DNA of 28,608 nucleotides, taken from positions 1 to 28,608 of the IMG/VR virus record IMGVR_UViG_3300048611_000053; one strand, 5' to 3'. The notes under the pieces were generated by a model that saw only the letters and a program-made list of their open reading frames with translations, did not search any database and was not told where the DNA came from. A program made the translations under genes and the position numbers. Of this stretch, positions 23,834 through 28,608 are shown in pieces; the first letter of the stretch is position 1; each line of letters opens with the position of its first letter. The DNA is from a virus. Taxonomy: Duplodnaviria > Caudoviricetes.

Positions 23834-25395
23834 TTGATTAACCTCATTTGTACGGATTCCTCTTCCTCTTCCTCGTCTTCTGGTTCCGGTTCAGCCTTCG
23901 CGGCTACAGGTGCAGGCTTGTCTGCACCAGGGTCGGTGTCGAACTGCAGATTCTTTTCCGCAGCGGTGTCCAGTTCCTGACGGCGTTCTTCCATGACATC
24001 CTCGAAGTCGACCCCGCCTCCGGTCTGCGCGATGATCTGCGTCTTGGTGATGTAGCCCGCTTTCTCTGCCTCTTTGTAAGCAGAGACTTCCTTAGTCGGG
24101 TCGACCCAGCTCCAGCCGCGCGGCTTGTACTTGACCGCCTCGAACTTGTCGCGATTCATCAGAAATTCGGAGCGGGATACGCCTTGAACCGCATTCGCCA
24201 GCACCGCTTGCTGCAGCCAGTTGCGATGCACACGTTCCCGGAACATACGGATGAACCACATCTGCAGAACCTTCCACAGATCACGGTCGTCGAGTAATGC
24301 AAGACGACTGGATGAATAATTACTCTGTGAGTAGTCGCGAGACAGGGACTCGTAACTCACGCCGGTTCCGGCCGCGACCTCGCGCAGCATGTAGCGCATG
24401 AACGGATCAAGCGCCGAGTTGGGACGGTTCGGCGCAAAGAAAGACATCTTTCGTCCCGCTGGCGGGCGCAGAATGATGCCCGGTTCCAACTCAGTCTCGA
24501 AGGTGCCGTCTTCCTGCTTCTCATAGTTCGGATCAAACGGATCGCTACCTTCCTCGGAGGCAAGATAATTCGCAGCACCGCGGGCCGCGATGATCTCCGC
24601 CTCGGAATATCCGTCCATGTCATTGAGCTTTCGTGCGACCGCATGCAGCCACGGCACGCCACGGGTCTGCGGCCAGCGCTCCACCAGCCGCAGGTGAATG
24701 ATCTCGTCAGCCGGTACACGCCGGATGCGTTCACTGCCCTGTCCTGCCGGGTAATGAAAGTCGGACGGATGGCGATCCCTGATCCAATACGCCAGCGGCC
24801 TGTAGTACGGATCCACCTCAATGCCCATGCGGACTTCGTTCGCACCACCGACTGCATGCGGCTCTATGCCGTGTGGCACCCGCTCGGACTCGATCAGCTC
24901 GAGGCAATACGGAATATCCGAGTTACCGAACGGCACCTTGTGCTCACGGATGAACACTTCGCCGGCATCGAACACCTGGCCCATCAGGGCGCGTTCCATG
25001 TCCGAGAAATGCAACGTGCCCCCGGTATGGCAGAACTCCGCACGGTTCCATCGCTTCCATGCAGTTTCTATCGCTTCATTAACGCGCGCGTGCAGTTTGT
25101 TGCGGCTGCTGTGTACCTGTGCCTGCAGGCCCATGCCGCCGCCGATGACGTTGTTCACCACCACAACATTCGCGCGCTTTGCGTAAGCGGCGTCTCGTAT
25201 AAGCGTTCGAGATCGGGCGCGCAGATTAGTCAGGCTCGACCGGATTTCCGTATCCGCACTGGCAGTCGACGTGCCCCAGCCTGCGGTCAGTCGCGATGGC
25301 TGCGCAGAGGCGTACATGCGACGCACCTGATTAACGGGCGCAGAACTTTCCTCGGTCTTGGAAAAGACCGATCGAATCCGACTTAGGAGACTCAT
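23830..25395 (-). CDS. Portal protein, lambda family
   Basis: LRARSR, QTRGVPW, DYSQSNYSSSR and GWSWVDPTKE motifs. Confidence 0.95.
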   Translation of the reverse strand: MSLLSRIRSVFSKTEESSAPVNQVRRMYASAQPSRLTAGWGTSTASADTEIRSSLTNLRARSRTLIRDAAYAKRANVVVVNNVIGGGMGLQAQVHSSRNKLHARVNEAIETAWKRWNRAEFCHTGGTLHFSDMERALMGQVFDAGEVFIREHKVPFGNSDIPYCLELIESERVPHGIEPHAVGGANEVRMGIEVDPYYRPLAYWIRDRHPSDFHYPAGQGSERIRRVPADEIIHLRLVERWPQTRGVPWLHAVARKLNDMDGYSEAEIIAARGAANYLASEEGSDPFDPNYEKQEDGTFETELEPGIILRPPAGRKMSFFAPNRPNSALDPFMRYMLREVAAGTGVSYESLSRDYSQSNYSSSRLALLDDRDLWKVLQMWFIRMFRERVHRNWLQQAVLANAVQGVSRSEFLMNRDKFEAVKYKPRGWSWVDPTKEVSAYKEAEKAGYITKTQIIAQTGGGVDFEDVMEERRQELDTAAEKNLQFDTDPGADKPAPVAAKAEPEPEDEEEEEESVQMRLIK

Positions 25396-25904
25396 GCCCG
25401 GCCGAACCTGATAAACGCACGTCCCGGCGTATCGCCTGTTTCCGACGCCACCTCAAGGCGGAACCGGTCATAGGCGCGCAGCAATTCATCCCAACTCATA
25501 CGGGTCAAACTCCTGCCGGCAATGGTGAACGACAACTGATCGGTGGTGGCCCTGTTCTCAATCACCGCCTGCAGTGCTTCCAGGGCGCGCCTGTTGAAGC
25601 TTCGATGGTCTGCGTCAACATCGGAAAGGTCAGGCAACAGAATGAGCTGACCGGTATCGACCGACGTTACTTGAGTTCCATTGCTAACCCGTGCGACCCA
25701 CTGGTAATCACCGGCCGTGTAATCCGCGGTCACGATTGCTGTTACCGATATAGCAAAATCTGCACCATTAGGAGACGCTACGATGTTGAACGGCGCAGGA
25801 CCGCTGAAGTAAAAGGTCAACGTCCAGGTTGACGCAGGATATTCTGCAATCGATTCGTCCCACTGCCAGGTATCTCCGGCGGTAAGCTTTTGCGGTATGT
25901 TCAT
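25392..25904 (-). CDS. Head completion / adaptor protein (C-terminal gpW-like part)
   Basis: PQKLTAGDTWQW...SFTIAGRSLTR; lies upstream of the portal gene. Confidence 0.7.
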   Translation of the reverse strand: MNIPQKLTAGDTWQWDESIAEYPASTWTLTFYFSGPAPFNIVASPNGADFAISVTAIVTADYTAGDYQWVARVSNGTQVTSVDTGQLILLPDLSDVDADHRSFNRRALEALQAVIENRATTDQLSFTIAGRSLTRMSWDELLRAYDRFRLEVASETGDTPGRAFIRFGRA

Positions 25905-26257
25905 CGGCAACAGATAAGTGCGACGTCTTCCGGTGCGGTGGCACCGGCCTGCAATACCCGGACGTTCTGGAAACAGCCGCGGAAGTGATAGACCCTATTC
26001 GCCGCGGTGACCACTACAGCAACCGCGAAGCTGGCGCTGCCCAGATCAGTCATGGACAACGCCCCGGAGTATAGGGTGCCGTCCAGTGAGACGTTGATGT
26101 CCACCGCGCCGGTCGTGGTCATAACGTAGAAGTCCCTGAATCCGGAGACATCGTCCGCTTGCACAATGACGTTGTTGTCGGCTGCGCCGAGGCCGCCCGT
26201 ATACCTGCGCTGGTCTCGTGAAGCCGGAATGCTCAGTGTTGCGAGTGTCAATGCCAT
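25901..26257 (-). CDS. Hypothetical beta-rich protein between TerL and the adaptor
   Basis: 118 aa with VSLDG and VRV; ATGA-coupled to the next gene. Confidence 0.6.
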   Translation of the reverse strand: MALTLATLSIPASRDQRRYTGGLGAADNNVIVQADDVSGFRDFYVMTTTGAVDINVSLDGTLYSGALSMTDLGSASFAVAVVVTAANRVYHFRGCFQNVRVLQAGATAPEDVALICCR

Positions 26258-26261
26258 AAAA

Positions 26262-28145
26262 TCACCATTGCTTTGTCCAGTTTCTCCGGGGTGCTTTCGA
26301 TACCTTCACGTCGTCCTTCGGTTCTTCTTTCTGTTCCGGTGGTCGCAACAAATGTACCTGCAGGATGTGCGCTGCCGACACGTTCAGAACCTCACAGTCG
26401 AAATAGTGATTCGCACGTCTGAGCCGCACCCACAGGGTTTGACCGGACGGCTTCGCCACCTTGGCCTCAGCGGTCAACTGCATGCAGTAGTCGTCGGTTG
26501 CATCTATCGGAAGATGGAAGCCGCCAGGTTGATCGGGCGGCCATTCGTAACGCGCATGCAGCCACGTCTTGAAGTAGTCCGTGTCGATGTGCCATATCTG
26601 CAGACCCGCTTTCACCACCTTACCGTCGACGGTGATATCGATCCTTGATGACCGGTACGGCCTGTCCTGTTTGTCGTGGCCTTTCGACGGAACGACATTG
26701 CCGGCACGTCGACGACAGAACGTGTATATCTGGTTGTCCGGTCGGCGCCACGGATCGCCCGGCCTGTAACCGGAATCCACCAGCGTCAGGCGAATGAACC
26801 GCTTATCGATCGGCGTCGACAGCACCTTGTCGAGTTCGGTCCAGACGAAATCGTGCTCGGTCTCGCCCCACAGTTCACCGTGCCGGATCAGCCACGACTC
26901 GTAGTTGATGCCCCAACCGCGAATCGAATAGATCAGCCGGTCCTTCTGTACGTCGACACCACAGGTCAGTAACCGGACACCCTCCGGCATCTCATCAAAC
27001 CGGTATTGCTCGCGAAGATCGGCGACCGACTCCCAGGCTTTCGCCTCTCCCTTCGCGTTGTAGAGTTCCCCGAATCCGGTATTGACCACAGACTTGATGC
27101 GCTCCGGATCCCCGGACCTTTCGGCGTCCAGATAGGAACGAGCCCTTTGCCCGAACGTTCGCCACGGAGAAGCGAGTCCGGAGACCCAGAACGACAGCGT
27201 GTCGGACGCCTCGATCTCACCCTCGACCGTGCCGTCCGGTAATACTTTTTGACCCGGCGCCACGTACACGCCGCGCGCGTTCATCTCGGCCTTACGTCCG
27301 TCTTCGATCAGCGAACCACAGTGAGGACAAGCCAGAGCCGCCTTTTTCAAGGCTTGCTGCGGCGTACAGTTCTCCGGCCACTTCAGCAGCGAGAATCGCG
27401 GAATGAAGTAGTCGCCACACTCAGGGCACGGCCAGGCCCATTCGTAGCGCGTACCCTCCTGCCACAACTGCCAGATCGGCGACTGCACATCCTCCGGATC
27501 GGCGACCTTCCAGTGCGCAAGCCCGGTTTCCTCGTCGGTAACCTCCTCGACCGTCCCGAGCTTCGGCGTACTGGTCACAATGATTCGACCGTCCGGATAG
27601 GTGAAGGCCCTGGCTTCCGCCATTTCGAACGGGGAGCCTTCGCCCTTGACATCCATGTCCATGCGGTCGAGTTCATCCAGCAGCACGATTGCCGCAGGGT
27701 CCGCCGCCAGCTCACTGGCCGAACCGGCCCATGCCAGGCGTAAGGTGACACCGGCCACTCGCTTGTGCGTCTTGGTACTGCCCTTGCCGCGCGCCGTCCG
27801 CTCCCACAGCGAGCAGGACTTGAACATCGCCACAATGCGCGGCTCGATCGACTTCTCGACGATCGACCGCGTAGGACCGATGTACAGCACCGGCGCCGGG
27901 TCATCGTCCAGACGGTGCCCGATGACGTTCAGCTGACAGCCGTCCGTCTTACCCATCTGCGAGCCCATGACCACGTACACCCGCTTGACCCCGGGCTCAA
28001 CACATGCCCTGTTGATCGGGATGATGTAGGGCGTTCGTTCAGTCCTGAACTGACCCGGCTCGGCGCTTCCGGGCGGCAGTACGCGGTTTTCCCTTGCCCA
28101 CTCGTCCGGGCTTCTTATCGGTGGTGGCCTGATCGGCGCCGCCAT
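26262..28145 (-). CDS. terL: Terminase large subunit, lambda gpA family (start 28145 or 28262)
   Basis: RTPY, Walker A GSQMGKT, Walker B LLDELD, CPEC/CPHC, GVDVQKDR and NHYFDC motifs. Confidence 0.95.
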   Translation of the reverse strand: MAAPIRPPPIRSPDEWARENRVLPPGSAEPGQFRTERTPYIIPINRACVEPGVKRVYVVMGSQMGKTDGCQLNVIGHRLDDDPAPVLYIGPTRSIVEKSIEPRIVAMFKSCSLWERTARGKGSTKTHKRVAGVTLRLAWAGSASELAADPAAIVLLDELDRMDMDVKGEGSPFEMAEARAFTYPDGRIIVTSTPKLGTVEEVTDEETGLAHWKVADPEDVQSPIWQLWQEGTRYEWAWPCPECGDYFIPRFSLLKWPENCTPQQALKKAALACPHCGSLIEDGRKAEMNARGVYVAPGQKVLPDGTVEGEIEASDTLSFWVSGLASPWRTFGQRARSYLDAERSGDPERIKSVVNTGFGELYNAKGEAKAWESVADLREQYRFDEMPEGVRLLTCGVDVQKDRLIYSIRGWGINYESWLIRHGELWGETEHDFVWTELDKVLSTPIDKRFIRLTLVDSGYRPGDPWRRPDNQIYTFCRRRAGNVVPSKGHDKQDRPYRSSRIDITVDGKVVKAGLQIWHIDTDYFKTWLHARYEWPPDQPGGFHLPIDATDDYCMQLTAEAKVAKPSGQTLWVRLRRANHYFDCEVLNVSAAHILQVHLLRPPEQKEEPKDDVKVSKAPRRNWTKQW

Positions 28146-28578
28146 CGCCCGAAACACTTCCAAGGAGCGCGAGTCGATCAGCGACGGCCTTGCGGATTCG
28201 CGTTGTTTCGAACCTGATCCGCTCGCGGATGAGTCCTGGTTCGGTGATTCCTGCGAGTTCATTTGCCAGCCTTCCTGCCAGGCCCTCCAGCCGGCCGGCG
28301 AAGATCGCCCCGACCTCGGCCGCAATTACCTTGATGTCGACCAGCGGAACCAACTGGCTCCGGGTCCGTGAATTCGCCAACTCCAGCTTGTCCGCCCTGG
28401 CCTGCTCCCATCTCTGGCGAGCATCCATGTCCGTGAATTCCAGGTCGCCAGCGTGATCCACCACCCAGCGAACTGCACCGGCACAATCGTCGGTCGGTGC
28501 CGGCATCCCCTTGCGCCGCCAGTTCGTGATAGTTTTGTTGTCCCGCCCGATCAGCGACGCAAAGTCCCTGTTTGTCAT
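28039..28578 (-). CDS. terS: Terminase small subunit (Nu1-like)
   Basis: N-terminal winged HTH (FASLIG...TITNWRRKGMP), coiled coil ARADKLEL, QLVP; overlaps TerL. Confidence 0.85.
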   Translation of the reverse strand: MTNRDFASLIGRDNKTITNWRRKGMPAPTDDCAGAVRWVVDHAGDLEFTDMDARQRWEQARADKLELANSRTRSQLVPLVDIKVIAAEVGAIFAGRLEGLAGRLANELAGITEPGLIRERIRFETTRIRKAVADRLALLGSVSGDGGADQATTDKKPGRVGKGKPRTAARKRRAGSVQD

Positions 28579-28608
28579 CGCTGGTAATTCTGGCGCAGAA
28601 TGTTGGAA

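Noticed and set aside
1-28608. CRISPR array, IS element or genetic-code reassignment
   Set aside because: No regularly spaced repeats or transposase were seen, and genes tile densely under the standard code using all three stop codons.

Overview
About 28.6 kb of a temperate, lambda-like siphophage, probably infecting a Gram-negative (proteobacterial) host. It appears to be in the excised form, because phage genes flank the att site on both sides. The left part (+ strand, 1-6991) holds a tyrosine integrase cut by the window edge, an attP made from the 3' half of tRNA-Arg(CCT), and a dense run of about 25 small accessory ORFs (zinc finger, SPFH-like, Lar-like, DUF4326, a Tat-signal mini-protein) with a non-canonical tRNA-like cloverleaf among them. 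The right part (- strand, 28578-7015) is the late operon: TerS, TerL (gpA type), gpW-like adaptor, lambda-type portal, protease-capsid fusion, head-tail and tail genes, a tail chaperone with a -1 frameshift, tape measure, tail tip with two tandem carbohydrate-binding-like domains, a beta-helix tailspike, and an expanded lysis cassette (M15 endolysin, holin, Rz/Rz1 and several extra membrane proteins). The most unusual element is a + strand lipoprotein moron (11989-12384). Its leader has the architecture of the symE/SymR cis-antisense cassette and lies next to a near-consensus CRP-type palindrome. All family calls come from motif recognition and gene order; no database searches were run.
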